A program made the translations under genes and the position numbers. A stretch of DNA of 64,000 bases from Isurus oxyrinchus (lineage: Eukaryota). The number at the start of each line of letters is the position of its first letter. The first letter of the stretch is position 1. Below, one piece after another: positions 49,600 to 62,390 of the stretch. The stretch lies in contig JANJGN010000026.1 in the NCBI GenBank assembly GCA_026770705.1, forward strand, positions 35,340,001 through 35,404,000, written 5' to 3'. The notes beneath the pieces were generated by a model. That model did no database searches, was not told the DNA's origin, and was given only the letters and a program-made list of their open reading frames with translations.

Positions 49600-49917
49600 C
49601 TGGGCCCTGTGGTAGGATTGGATAACCCTAAGCGAGCAGGGGACCAAAGGCTGGTGGAGCCAGAGGTTCAAATCCAGCTACAAGGCGCAATGATTGGATT
49701 CGGTGGTACCGAAAATTATCACTCTCGACAGCAGAATTTATAATCTACATCTATCAGAGCAGAGCAACTGAGGAGAGCGGACGGTTTGGAAAGTGTCTTG
49801 ACAGGAAAAAGGTTATAACACTGTTTGTGGGAAGGAAATGGTGGCTTCACACACAAGGGTGTATGGCTGCGGGAGGATACACATTGTGGAAACGGTTACT
49901 GATCCTGTACAACACAC
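49600..49917 (+). pseudogene. Degenerate TCR V pseudogene (family D-like)
   Basis: WIRWYRKLSLSTAEFIIYIYQS...SGRF (Trp at 49704), -1 shift in an A-run, then GYNTVCGKEMVASHTRVYGC, which aligns with YNIL...VVSDAGVYHC of 28103. RSS-like cacattg/22/acaacacac. Confidence 0.65.
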
Positions 49918-50159
49918 ATTCTTCTCAATCGTTGAGTTAATTACTTTCATCCTCACCATCTCGAGTATCACTTTGTCAGTACAACAAATGAGAATTGTCA
50001 TATTGTCTTCTAGTCTCATCTGACAAAGATCTGAAACGTTAAGGGTTCCGATGCTGTGGGTCGACACATTTGTAGGAGCGTGAAAGGATCTGCGATTACC
50101 CAGCAATCGTGATTTCACCTGGATACATCAAATATAATGGGTCAACTGAGGCAAAGGTG

Positions 50160-50163
50160 GTAA

Positions 50164-50250
<87 letters not shown>

Positions 50251-50395
50251 TGTGTGATTCCGGCAGTGTCCAGCAGAGGATAGATTTCTAAAGGCGTTTG
50301 TGTGTGTGTATGTGTGTGTGTGTGCGTGTGCGCATGGTTTTGAGTGTTTGATTTTGACAGTGTTCAGCAGAAGGTAAATTAGTGAAGGTGTGTGG
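50160..50395. repeat. (TG)n microsatellite with interspersed ~40-bp conserved core
   Basis: (TG)n at about 50166-50248; cores cagtgtccagcagag at about 50260 and 50355. Confidence 0.9.
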
Positions 50396-51539
50396 GAAAA
50401 CCAGGGATGCATTGTGGATTGATGTTATATTTCTGCTGTTTAGCTGTATACCTCTGGGATTTAGCTCCCTTGTTACACAATGGCCTAGTGAACCTGATGA
50501 CTGTTGCAAATAACGTGTTAATCAATACCTCTGGAACCAACTGCTCCTACTGAACAAGTCACCAGTTATCTCCAACGTTACGTTTAAAGATCAGAAGTTT
50601 ATGTGAGGAATTTAATCTCTATTCACAAACGGGTAAGTTTGTATTATTGCAGTGAATGAAGTTAGTTAAAAACAACCAATTGCAGTGAGCTTGTTTATGT
50701 TTTGTGTGAAATCACCAGATTCAACATTTCAAATCAAGAATGAAACACTAGTTGATATCTGCAGGGGAAAGTGAGCGGTTTCTGTTTGCCTTTAACTCCA
50801 TCGATCTCCTCTATCAATACACCGAATGGTTGCAGAATCGTATCTGCAAGATGCACTGCAGGAACTCACCAAGTCTCCTTTGACAGAACTTTCCAAACCC
50901 CCGGCCACTACCATATAGAAGGACGAGGGCAGTAGATGGATGGGAACACCACCAGCTGGACGTTCCCCTCCAAGTCACTCACTATCCTGACTTGATATAT
51001 ACCGCCATTCCTTCATTGTCGCTGGGTCAAAATCTTGGATCTCCCTCCCTAACAGCCCTGTGGGTGTACACTACTGCAATGAAGATTTCAATTTTTTGAA
51101 TGAGTCTCTAGCAGCAATATGAGGGAAATTGCGCTCTCGAAATTTCTGAAATTTAACCAAAAAATATCAGCAACATCTTCTGTGATCACCTAATGTGGCT
51201 ATTTGAATGCATATGTGTGTTTGTGCTTGTGTGTTTATCTGTATGTATATGTGCGGTGCTCCGATGTTCTCCAGCGGATTACTCAATAGCGATCATGTTT
51301 CCCAGCTACTGGAAGAGGTTTTTTATTCATTCATGGGATGTGGGCGACGCTGGTTGGGCCAGCATTTCTTGCCCATCTTTTATTGCCCTTGAGAAGGTGG
51401 TGGTGAGCTGCCTTCTTAAACAACTGCCGACAGTGCTAGTAGGCAGGGGGTTCCAGGATTTTGACTCAGTGACAGTGATGGAACGGCGATATATTTCCAG
51501 GTCAGGATGGTGTGATGCTTGGAGGGTAACTTCTAGAAG

Positions 51540-51609
51540 GTGTTGTGTGTTTGTGTCTTTATGACAGTATCCAGCAGAGGGTAGCTTGCTAAAGGTCTGC
51601 TTGTGTGTT

Positions 51610-51650
<41 letters not shown>

Positions 51651-51772
51651 CTGTGTATGTGTATGTGCGTGATTATAGCAGTGTTCAGCAGATGGTAGAT
51701 TGCTGCAGAGGTGTGTGTTTGTGTCTGTGTGTGTGAGGTTATGACTGTGTCCAGCAGAGGGTAAGGTGCCAA

Positions 51773-51842
<70 letters not shown>

Positions 51843-52000
51843 ATATATGATTATGGCAGTGTCCAGCAGAGTGTAGGTTGCTAAAGGGGTGTCTGTATGT
51901 GAATGTGTGTGTGAGTGTGGATGTGTCTGTGTGTGTGCGTGTGTGTGTGTGTGTGTGTGCGTGTGTGCGTGTGATACCAAAAGTGTCCAGCAGAGCAGCA
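51540..52000. repeat. Composite minisatellite: conserved core separated by (TG)n tracts
   Basis: Five copies of a core like gcagtgtccagcagagggtag.ttgctaaaggtg; a further copy at about 54563. Confidence 0.9.
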
Positions 52001-52962
52001 AATGGCAATGTCGAATTGAAGGGCCGCATCAATATTAAGGGAACCGTGTCGTTTTCTTTGTGTAAAACAGCAGATGCTATTACTGGGACTTAGCGAACAT
52101 TTACTCCGTCACTGAGCTCCATGACTCAGTGAACGCCTCAGAGCTTCTGCCGATATTGGAGGTGGCAAAACAGAATTGGCGGAGGTTGCCAAGTAATTGC
52201 AGTGCAGTGATATCCAGGGCAACATACAACCTCTTCATTCTGAAAGAGGTTCTGAACCTGAATCTTCGCCATTTCTTCCTGAAAGCAAAGGCAGAATATT
52301 TCAAACGTAAGGGAGTAACCCTGGAAAACAGGCTGACTCTTCAAACCTCGTTTCACTGTGCAATTTGAGTTCTCTAAATAATTTGGAAATAAAAGTCTAA
52401 TGATGCCTACGGAACCATTGCCGATTGTCGGTAATAAACCCATCTCGTTCACTAATGTCCTTTGGGGGCGTAAATCTGCCGCCCTTACCCGTTCTGGCCT
52501 ACATGTGACTCCAGGCCCACATGAATGTGATTGACTCTTAAACGCCCTTTAGCAAGGGCAATTGGAGCAGGGCAATAAATGCTGGCCTAAAAGCGACACC
52601 CATATCCCATGAATGAATCAAAGCAAATGTTTAGAAGATCCATTTTCTTCCATTCTCTCGGTGCGAAGATTTTCTACGTGCAGTGCCCGATAAACAGTAG
52701 GTGTTCGAATTGGTAAAAGGTAATCACCACAGCTCAGAGATAGGTTAAACATAGCAGTTCAAATCGCTCATGAAACGCTGAGAACCACAAATGCTTAGAA
52801 ATAAAAGAACAGAACATTCTGGAAAAAATAAAGTTTAGCCGGATAGGATGCCTCTCAGTGGAGAGAAAATCTGAACTAACGTTTCTGATCGGGTGACTTT
52901 TTATCCGAACTGAAAAATCTGGAAGTGAAATAAGTTCTGTTCAATCGTTTGGCAGGACAAGG

Positions 52963-53110
52963 TTTCATTGTACGGGATCCGGTTAATCTCTGTAGCAGTG
53001 TAGGGTTCATGGTGCAAAGGCACACCAGTGGCAGAGGGAAGTTCCCAGCGATATTTAAAACAATCCTTGTGATTTCCTTTAGCAAAGCAACAGATACCTT
53101 TCCGGAGTCA
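52963..53110 (-). pseudogene. 3' relic of a family-B V with RSS
   Basis: Minus-strand ...LCTMNP followed by tacactg/24/acaatgaaa; the spacer is homologous to family B spacers. Confidence 0.6.
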
Positions 53111-53295
53111 CAGGGACCAGGCAATAGAACGGGTGCCCTCAAATATATGACTGTCCTTTTACAGATCGGACAGTTCCAATGCGATCTTTGGAATGGGTGC
53201 CTTCACTTGAGTCACGTCATCAAATTGTTGAGGGCGGGGTTTAGAATGGGTGCCTTCAAATATGCGAGTGCCCTTTGAGTGAGCGGAAAGTGACA

Positions 53296-53799
53296 ATGCA
53301 GCTGCTCGGCACCTTGGTTGTGCGGGGGAGTATTTATCACAGGTAATTGTGAACTGAACATCAAGTCATCTTTTCTCCTGTTTCCCAGCCATGGTTCAAG
53401 TCATGTTTAATCAGCCACCGTTCATATCCTGCCCGCTCTTATTTTGTTTCCAGATCTAAGTGATGGTGATTCAGTCACTCAGCCGCTGTCCACACGTGTT
53501 AAGGCAGAGGGAGAAGGGGTGACACGGAGCTGTAGCTACGATTCTACAGCGAGCAGCTTTAGTCTATTCTGGTACCGACACCACGCAACACACAGCCCGA
53601 GTATATGGTCAGGAAGGATAGTGACGGTGATGAATTTAAAGCAGATTTTGCTAAACTCGCTTGTCTTCGAGTCTCCAGACCTTCAAGAAAGTCATCTGTT
53701 TATCCATCTCGGGTTTGCAGCGGACTGACGCTGCTGTGTAATACTGCGCTTTCACGGACTCACAGTGACGGAATGCAGCCTCACTCCTGTACAAAATTG
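53296..53799 (+). pseudogene. TCR V pseudogene (family A); leader 53296-53342, V exon 53454-53760
   Basis: LSDGDSVTQPLSTRVKAEGEGVTRSCSY...LFWYRH. Leader out of phase, frameshifts, stop before Cys. RSS cacagtg/23/acaaaattg. Confidence 0.85.
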
Positions 53800-55209
53800 C
53801 GACTGAACTGCGGAGTGGGATTCACTGACCGTTGAGCATTGTGGTGAATCTCGGGCACATTTAGCCTCTCAAAAACACACCGGAAGGAAACCAAATGAAC
53901 CTCGGAACAAACTGTCACCCAACAGTTTTCTAAGAGAGGCTGAGAAAATAAACCTTCAGCTTCTCATCGGGCAGAGAGACACAGAAGAGAATCCTATTGG
54001 AAGGGAGCCGTTCAGATCCCTTCCCTCACTGACCTGCTGCCGTGTGAGAACTGTCGATGCTGAGCTGCATGTCAGTGAACGGAAACACCCCAAGCTCGGC
54101 TACTCTCAATGCCCTGAGCGGAGTAATGGCTTTGCTGTTCGAGATCCGGGTGGAAGTGGGAACGCCAGGCCCAGTGCTGATCAACAGGAAAGCAAGTTTA
54201 ATGGAGAAGAAAACTGTTCCAACGTTATGAAGACTTGCTTGTGTTTGTTTTAACGACCATAGTCACTAACTTGCAAGATCTTCTGCCTGTGTAAAAAGTA
54301 CTCTGATCCAGTGTCAGGAATATAAAATAATTTTCGTAATGTTATTAGAAATTATTGTTAAGTGGAGTAACAGTGGGGTCTGGGGTCTGTGCGTGAATTA
54401 ATTCAATTAAAGGCAGATGGTCTGAAGACTTTGATGTATTGGAAGATAAGCTCGGTTTGAAAAGTGAACGTTTCAGTGGGTGTTTTCGAATGTGTGCGTT
54501 TGTGTGTGCGGGAGCTGTGTGTGTGTATCTGTGTGCGTCTATCTGTGTTTGCGAGTGTGTGTGTGATTCCGGCAGTGTCCAGCAGAGGGTAGATTTCAAA
54601 AGGTGCGTGTGCGTTTGTGCATGCGCGCAGTCGGCCGCTGAGACACACAAAGTGATAGGAAATCAAATTAACCTCGGATCAAACTGTCAGCCAACTGTTT
54701 CTCGCAGCGGCCGAGAATATCAAACAGACTGCAGAATCCGATTGGACAGATTGACATGGAAGTGAATCATACCTGAAGAAATCCTGTCCAATCCACATTG
54801 GTTGTTCACCTGTAAATCAGGGTTAATGGGGGAGGGAGACATTCTAGAGTGAGGGACACATCCTCAAACAGAATACACATTAGGGGCGCTCTTCCTTCAC
54901 TGCCCCGTTCCTTCTTTGCCGCTGTCTCAGAATACTGGATCTTTCTCCCTAACAGCGCGGTGGGTGTACACCGCTGCAATAAAAACAACAAACTCATGAA
55001 TGAGTCTCTGGTGGCGACTGAGGTAAATTGCGCTCTCGCAGCTTCTGCAATCAAAGAAAAAAATTAGCAACATCTATTTCTGGCCACCGAGCGTGACTAT
55101 TTGAATATATATGCATGTGTGCCATTGTGTGTTCCGATGCTATCCAGTGGAGGGCGCTCGCTGATCACTTGACAGCGATATTTTTGCTCAACAGCAGAAA
55201 GAGTTTTTC

Positions 55210-55720
55210 TCATTGATCTGCCAGCTGCGGGCTGCATTGGCTGGGCCAACATTTATTGCCCATCCCTAGTTGCCCTTGAGGAGATGCTGGTGAGCTGCCT
55301 TCTTAAACGCTGCAGCCCATGTGGTGTAAGTGCATCCACAATGCTGTTAGCGAGGGAGTTCCAGGATTTTGACCCAGTGACAGTAATGCAATGATTATAT
55401 ATTTCCAAATCAGGATTGTGAGGTATTTGGAGGGGAACATCTAGGTGGTGGTGTTCTCATCTATCTGCTGCCCTTGTCCTTCTAGATGGTAGTGGTCGTG
55501 GTTTTGGATGGCCCTGTTGAAGGAGCCTTTGCGAATTCCTGCAGTGCATCTTATAGATGGTACTTCCTGCTATTGCTGTGCGTCGGTGGTGGAGGTAATG
55601 AATGTTTGTGGTGTGGTGCCAGTCAAGTGAGCTGCTTTGTCCTTGATGGAGTTGAGCTTCTTGAGTGTTGTGGGAGCTGTGGGAGCTGTAATCATCCAGG
55701 CAAATGGAGAAGGTTCCGTC
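55210..55720 (-). mobile_element. LINE 3' fragment (same family as 40060-40650, 58450-59600 and 63250-63600)
   Basis: Minus-strand PTTLKKLNSIKDKAAHL..., IHYLHHRRT..IYKMHC, plus the shared 3' tail. Confidence 0.8.
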
Positions 55721-55858
55721 ACAATCAAGCGAATATTTGGAGAACGGGCCCTTATTCCCAATCGGGATGTTACCAACATTGTCAAAGAATTGGCACCTGG
55801 GTACCACAAACAGACAAACTGTGTGTTTGAATTATCATAATATCTTCCATTGTCGCAG

Positions 55859-56165
55859 GAGTATTTGACATAAGCGCAGAAGGAACGTTAAAAGAAACCA
55901 CGGGCCACACTTACTCTGAAGAGCGGACATTATTCACTCTCTGCTCAATTTCCCCCCTTATTGGCGATGAGAAAGATTATTTCTTCATAGTGTGGTACGT
56001 TCAAGCTAGATCAGAACGGTCTATGATAAATCGCTGCTATGTGCAGTTAACTATAGAACTAAGAGAGGTGGATAACTGCATCGTTCACTGGTTACAGTGA
56101 ATCCTCTAGTAAGATTTCCTCTCGCCCCCTCTAAGCTGACATTAATGTGTTCTTTGTGATAAAAT
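55859..56165 (+). pseudogene. Highly degenerate V-like relic
   Basis: Acceptor tcgcag ends 55858. TLCSIS, DYFFIVWYVQ, FTGYSESSSKIS and DINVF occur in shifting frames at V-like spacing. No RSS seen. Confidence 0.45.
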
Positions 56166-56480
56166 GTTCCAAGAAAGTAAGGATCTTATATTTTTCCAGG
56201 AATTAATGACTTCAAGAACCTTCATTAAACCATTTCAGATGTTGCTACACAGACAGGAATTGGAGCAATCCCTGCTTTTACCTGATGCTCTGATATTGTC
56301 ACAAACGGAGAGGCCATGTGCGGAGTCCCTCTCAGCTCTTTATATTTGATGTTCCGCAGGAAGTGACATCGGACCAATCCCGACTCTTTCCCGTAGGAAG
56401 GTGACATTAGTGCTTTTTGATTGGATATTGTGCAGCTCCCTGAGACACAGAAAAGACCCTGGGATTCTGAAGCAGCAGCA

Positions 56481-57574
56481 ATGTGGCTCTCTCTTAACGC
56501 TGTGATCTGGGGGCCATTCATTGGCGGAAAGAGGATGAAACATTTTTAGAAAGTAACATTAATTTCAGGATGAATCAACGTGAAAAGCAGAGAGTTGGTG
56601 TTATCCTTTCAACAGCACGCTGTTCGACCACATTTGCAGTTTCACCAAAAGCAAATAGAAGATCAGGAGCAATTTAGGGGGAAAATATTTACCAAGACGA
56701 GAACAGAATTGAGAGACAACATCGATGAGGAATAATTGGAGATGGTAGGGTTCTTCTCCACAGTTAAGTCAGGACTGAGGGACTAGCTGACAGAGATCCG
56801 TAAATAGATGAAAGAGGTTGATAGGGTTGAAATGGAAAACTTTCCACATGTCACGGATTATAGAGCTACGGGGCACAAACACAAGAGTGCGAAAAAATAT
56901 CCAATGGAGTTTTCAGGAGAGGGTTTGCACCCAGGGAATGGTTAGAATGTTCACTTCACCTTCACAAAGAGGATTTCGGGTGAACAGTGTCCCTGATATA
57001 ATTGGACAGGTGATGGGAGAATGAAGAGGAGGATATGATAGTAGAGTTAATGAGGAGTGATGGAAGGTGATGCTGGCGATTGTAAACACCCGCAGGCACT
57101 ACTTGCGCCCAATAACCTTTTCTATCGCCCAATGATATCTCCGTCTAAGTAAAACTCTCTGTGAATTATTGCCGTCAGTTCAGTTGAAGTTTTAATCGCT
57201 GATTTCCGCTTTCTTTAACCGTGCGTTCCAGATCCGATCGATTGGGATTCTGTTTCTCAGCGGGAATCCTCACTCACACAGACAGAGGGAGAAGGTATCA
57301 CTTTAACCTGCACCTATACCGGCGCTGGTTATTATTTATTCTGATACCGTCAGTACCCCGGAAAACAGCCCGAGATTGGAGTCCAGATATACACGGAAGG
57401 CAGGGCGGAATATAAGGTGAATTTCGCTCAGAGCCGGTTTTCTGATACAGCCCAGCAGTCAGACAAGTTGTACCGATTGACCATCCCGGAGCTGTGGCTG
57501 TCTGACACCGCGGTCTATTACTGTGCACAGAGTCTCACAGTGAAGGGAACGAGTGCAAACCTCGTACAATAAGT
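56481..57574 (+). pseudogene. TCR V pseudogene; candidate leader 56481-56526 (donor GA), V exon 57232-57535 with Trp>TGA
   Basis: DSVSQRESSLTQTEGEGITLTCTYTGAGYYLF*YRQYPGKQPE...SDTAVYYCAQS; TGA at 57342-57344. RSS cacagtg/23/acaataagt at 57536-57574. Confidence 0.85.
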
Positions 57575-58449
57575 GCTGCAGCTTTCTGGGTCAAAGCTGC
57601 TGTCTGCTGAGTGTTGTTTATCACAGACATGACACGTGAAAGCAATCCTGTGGGCAAAAAGAACAAGCACAATCCACATATACAGCAGCTGAAATCTTTC
57701 CGTTTGAATGCTGACCCTCTTCCTGTTGATTGTTGTGGAGGCTGAATTGGCTGCTCGCCAGTTCCCATTTGCCAGAACAATCTCCAGCCCCTTTCCTGAA
57801 ACCAGTTCTACCAGTTTACCGCTGCTTCAGGGACAGCCCGTGGCAAGGGGACAAGGAATCATTGTGCTAAAAGATTAGTCTGCAGCGTAAACAGAAGTAT
57901 GCCAAGGGGAGAAGGTCATGATAATTATATGAACCTCATTAAATGTTCCGAAATGTTAAAGACATTTGAACATATTAATACAAATCATGTACAATATAAG
58001 CCGCCCCTGAGGGTTTGCTGCCATCTGGCGGGAGAAATCAGAATTGTTCCTGTCATTGTTTCCTTCAGTTCAGAGGGCCGGTGTTGCGGAATTATGCTCC
58101 GAAGACAATCGAAAGACCACACAGGCGCCGGGGGCGATAAACATAACCACCATCCAATTACGTTCACGTTGAACACTGGCTCTCTCTCTCTCTAATGATT
58201 GCATTAAGGCAATGAGGGCAGAATTGGCGGCTCGTCATTCCCGTTAAAAAAACAAACTCCCAACCGCTTTCCTGGAACGAGCTCTGTCGGTTTCCGGCTC
58301 CTTCAGACAAAGCTGTAATAATTGGTTTTATATACCAGCCTGCAGGGGAAGCAGGAGTCCGCTAGCTGGAAACGATCGTAATAATTATGAGCCTGATTAA
58401 ATATCCCGCGATGTTAAAGACGTTTGACATCATTCAATGATTGTATTCT

Positions 58450-59600
58450 TTTTCGATTCATGTACGGGATGTGGGCGTCGCTGGCTGGGCCAGCATTTAT
58501 TGCGCATCCCTAATTTCCCTTGAGAAGATGGTGGTGAGCTGCCTTCTTGAACCGCTGCAGTTCATGTCGTGTAGGTAAACCCACAATGCTGTTAGGAAGG
58601 GAGATCCAGGATTCTGACCCAGCGACAGTGAAGGAACGACGATATATTTCCAAGTCAGGATGGTGTGTGGTTTAGAGGATACTTCCAGCCGTTGGTGTTC
58701 CCATCTATCTGCTGCCCTTTCACTTCTAGATGGTACGGGTCGTAGGTTTGGAAAGTGTTGTCAATAAGGGCCTTTGTGAATCCCTACAGTGAATTTTGCT
58801 GCTACTGTGCATCGGTGGTGGAGGGAGTGAATGTTTTTGGATAGGTTGCCAATCAAGCGGACTGCTTTGTCCTGGGCGGTTTTAAGCATTTTGAGCCTTG
58901 TTGGAGCTGTACATATCCAGGCCAGTGGAAAGTATTCCATCACACTCTTGACTTGTGCCTTGTACATGGTGCACAGGCTTTGGGGAGTTAAGAGGTGAGC
59001 CAATCGTCACAAGATTCCTACCCTCTGACCTGCTTTCGTAGCTATGGTATTTATATGGCTAGTCCAGTTCAGTTTCTAGTCAATGGTGACACCCAGGATG
59101 TTGATAGTGGGAGATTCAGTGATGGTAATGCAATTGAACATCAAGGGTTGATGCTTCGATTCTCTCTTGTTGGATATGGTCATTGCCTGGCATTTGTTGG
59201 CCGTGAATGGTAATTGCTATTTGTCAGTCCAATCTTAAGTATTGCCCAGGTCTTGCTGCATTTGTACATGGGCTGCCTCAGTATCTGCACAGTCACAAAT
59301 GGTTCAGAACATTGTGCAATCATCAAAGAACATCCCTACTTCTGGCTTTACGGTAGAAGGGGGGTCATTGATGAAACAGGTTATTGATAAGCAAGTGTCA
59401 CATGATAGCAATGTTGGTAACCTCTTTTATTACTTTACTGATGATGGAGAGTAGGCTGATGAGGCGGTACTTGACCGGAGTCAACTTGTCTTGCTTTTCG
59501 TGTACAGGACATGCCTGGGCACTTTTCCATATTCCCGGGTAGGTGCCAGTTTTGTGGCTGTACTGGAACAGCTTGGCTAGGGGCGCAGCTAGGTCTGGAC
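58450..59600 (-). mobile_element. LINE RT/3' fragment
   Basis: Minus-strand HLLTPQSL.T.YKAQVKSVMEY.PLAW...QDKAVRLIG. Confidence 0.85.
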
Positions 59601-60314
59601 CACAAATGGCATCACGATGTGAGAAACTCTCAGGGGAGATCCAATCCAGCTGCCCTGGGAGCCAGCAGTGCCTTTTGCATTGACGGTGATCATGGTACTT
59701 TAACTCCTTGCAACAGGCTTATTCCAGGCAGCCTGTGGAGATCTCAGAGGGATAATGTCGCCTGCTCCATACCATTGCATCAAGGCGTTCACAGATGTAA
59801 TGTTCTGAAGGGCTGGAAATTACATGGACAGCCATGCACCTTTATAAACAGGAAAGATTTACACTTGGTCAATGTGCAGCTGGTGTGCCACCATTAGGTG
59901 GCGTCCAGTGATCATGAAAGGCACTATATTCGTGCTTATATTTTTGTTATGAATTATAGGCGCAAAATAAAAAGTGTCGGATTGAGCCAATGAGACATAG
60001 CTTTCCAGACTGACCCTAAATCCAAGCAGTGGGCGAAGCCGCTCAGCACCCTGGAATAAAAGAACTATCCATTCTTCAAAACCTCCCCTCCCACCCTCAC
60101 TGCTGCTTCAACATAGCCCTGCATTTTATTTCCATTGGAGACCATGTCTCCATTGATAATGGATTAGACCCTATCCAATTGTCCTACTTAGGTTACCCTG
60201 GAGCATGACGCCTGTTGCCATGGTTTTCACACCTCAGCACTGTTGTAATTGACGTGAACTGACAGAGCTTCTGGTCTACAAGGCAGGTGCAGTTTCATGT
60301 CAGGGATGTTGCTA

Positions 60315-60846
60315 AGACTCTCAATGAGTACTTTCGATCAGCACTTTCGGTCAGCTGCACACTCGGGATGGGCGAAGTGAACAATTTCTGCAAGCTGTGG
60401 AACTCTGCAGAAAAACAAACTATCTTCTCTCAAAATCTGTTTGCCTTCATAACCGCAGGTAATTCTAGCAGGGTAAAATTGGGATGAGTTATGGCCGATA
60501 CCAAGGGAAACAATACCTGCTGACGTGAGCATTACTATGGGCGCAAGCTAAAGCCACTCCCGCTCCTTCCATCTTAATTTCTGAAGGCAGCGACTATGTG
60601 AGCGAATCTCCATGACCCGGATCCCGAAATCAGGCTGAGAACGAGCAGATTAGATGCACACACGTTAAAACAAATAGATTCAAAAGACGTTGGGAAGGAG
60701 GGTGAATAGACCCACCAACATCAGCACCCGATTGCCAACTGTAATATCCACAGTAGTTCAGACAGTGGGAGAATAGAATTCTATTCGGCAGCAAAACATA
60801 GCGAGAAGTGAAATAATAATGAAGACCGGCGCTAGAGAGTTCCACA
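60315..60846 (-). pseudogene. Degenerate TCR V pseudogene (family-A-like exon about 60315-60622 behind a family-B-like leader about 60800-60846)
   Basis: PGHGDSLT*SLPSEIKMEGAGVALAC...FPWYRP*...FSAEF...VQLTESA; leader relic WNSLAPVFIIISLL. Confidence 0.65.
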
Positions 60847-62299
60847 GATTGATTCCTGACTCTGTAACTCTCCGGGATGCCCGCGGTCGGAGAAGTGATG
60901 TAATTACCCGTCCCACTGGATTTCTCATTCATGACAAACAGGGAACGCCGACAGAAATATTCCTGATATCAGAGCGGGCAAGGCGGGACAGGCAGAGAGA
61001 GCAAACAACGGAAGCTGTTGCTGGGCCGAGGCAAGACAGATGTAATACATATACAATCTGAAAGGATTTCTCGCGTCATCCTTGGCTTATATCAAAGCGT
61101 TTGGATGCTAATTCAATTGAAAGAATCCAGTCCCAGGAGACAGACTACAGTACTTGTGTCATGTAACAGTCGGCTGAACAAAAGACCACGCGATAGAATA
61201 GTGGTAATGCTGCTGATGAGAGTAATACAGAGCATTAATACTCTGGAGATATGAGTTCAAAGCGAAACAAAGATCATGGAAGTGTCACATGGTTATAAAA
61301 CCGCACCTGGTTCACTAACCTGCCTCGGATAAGGAAATCCGTCACTTTTGCCCATGTGACGGCAAATTCACAGCAATGAGCTTGCTTCATTACTGCGCCC
61401 GGAAATTTCCTCGCAGGCCACTCATTTGAATCAAGCCACCACAGAAGAATAGGACTGTGTGTGCATCTACATCACAGACAAGACAGCTCACCATCACCTT
61501 CGCAATGACATGTCGCAATGCACGCTTAATTTTGCCCATGCCGGCTGTGTTCAATTCTAAAGAACGAATTAAAAATTATTTCAATCACCACCCCATCCGA
61601 GTGCCCCAATGTAGCCGTATCAGGCAGTGGCTGTGTGGAAACGTACCCTACAGCAATATCCTCAATGGAAGTGTTGAAATAAAACTGGAGAACATTGATA
61701 AAACATATAAGAGCTCAAAATGCAATATCAAGATATCTTTCGTACACACAGGGAATAACGAATATGTTCTAATTACGTTCAGTGAGAGTTAGGGAGGAGT
61801 ATCACCTGGACAAGTTTAAGGGAACTCTTGGGGAAGAAGAGAGAGAGGGAGTCCCGGAGAATTGAGTTAAAACATGAAAAACCGACATGAAATAGATTTC
61901 ACCATTTCAAAACGAGAAGCAGTGCTTCATTTTCTACATTCTTGTTGTCAAGGAGAATAACCTTTTTCTTCGAAATGTGTTCAAGTTTACCATTTTCGTG
62001 CATTGACAAACAACCGCCCCTTTGCAGCCTCTCGATAGCTTAATTTCCACCATAGCTCTGCATAATCAGAAAGCCTGGAAACATTATATCTGTTCCTTCT
62101 CCATCTTGATAACGTCCAGTTGGACTCCATCGGATCAGGAAGGATTTCTTCCCCAATCCTGCACTGTAAATCCGAATCGATTCCCTCTGTAAGGATAGTG
62201 AGTGTAATCCAGGTCAAGGCGCTTCGAGTTACTCTCTGCTCTCTCAAAACCTGGCGTTCTCGGCTCACCACAGGGGACACAGGAAGTGAGGTGTGAACA

Positions 62300-62360
62300 T
62301 CCTGAGACAGAGCAACAGATTATCGAGGGCGGGGATTAGAAAGGGTGTCTTCAAATATCG
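62300..62360 (+). promoter_or_regulatory. Conserved family-A V promoter block (GC-box gggcgggg followed by gtcttcaaata)
   Basis: The same block lies 30-90 bp upstream of the family A ATGs at 53296, 19084 and 44862. Confidence 0.55.
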
Positions 62361-62390
62361 AGCAGCCGTTTGGCAGGGCGGACAGCGACA

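Noticed and set aside
50470-50640. Exon-like stretch ending in g|gtaagt (possible J or C relic)
   Set aside because: In-frame stop, no GxG motif, no RSS and no Ig C-domain pattern.
50109-52032. Long ORFs with HTHTHT or CVCVCV runs, and the repeat-spacer look of the TG array (CRISPR-like)
   Set aside because: The ORFs are translations of (TG)n microsatellite. The spacers are low-complexity TG, the DNA is vertebrate, and no cas genes are present.
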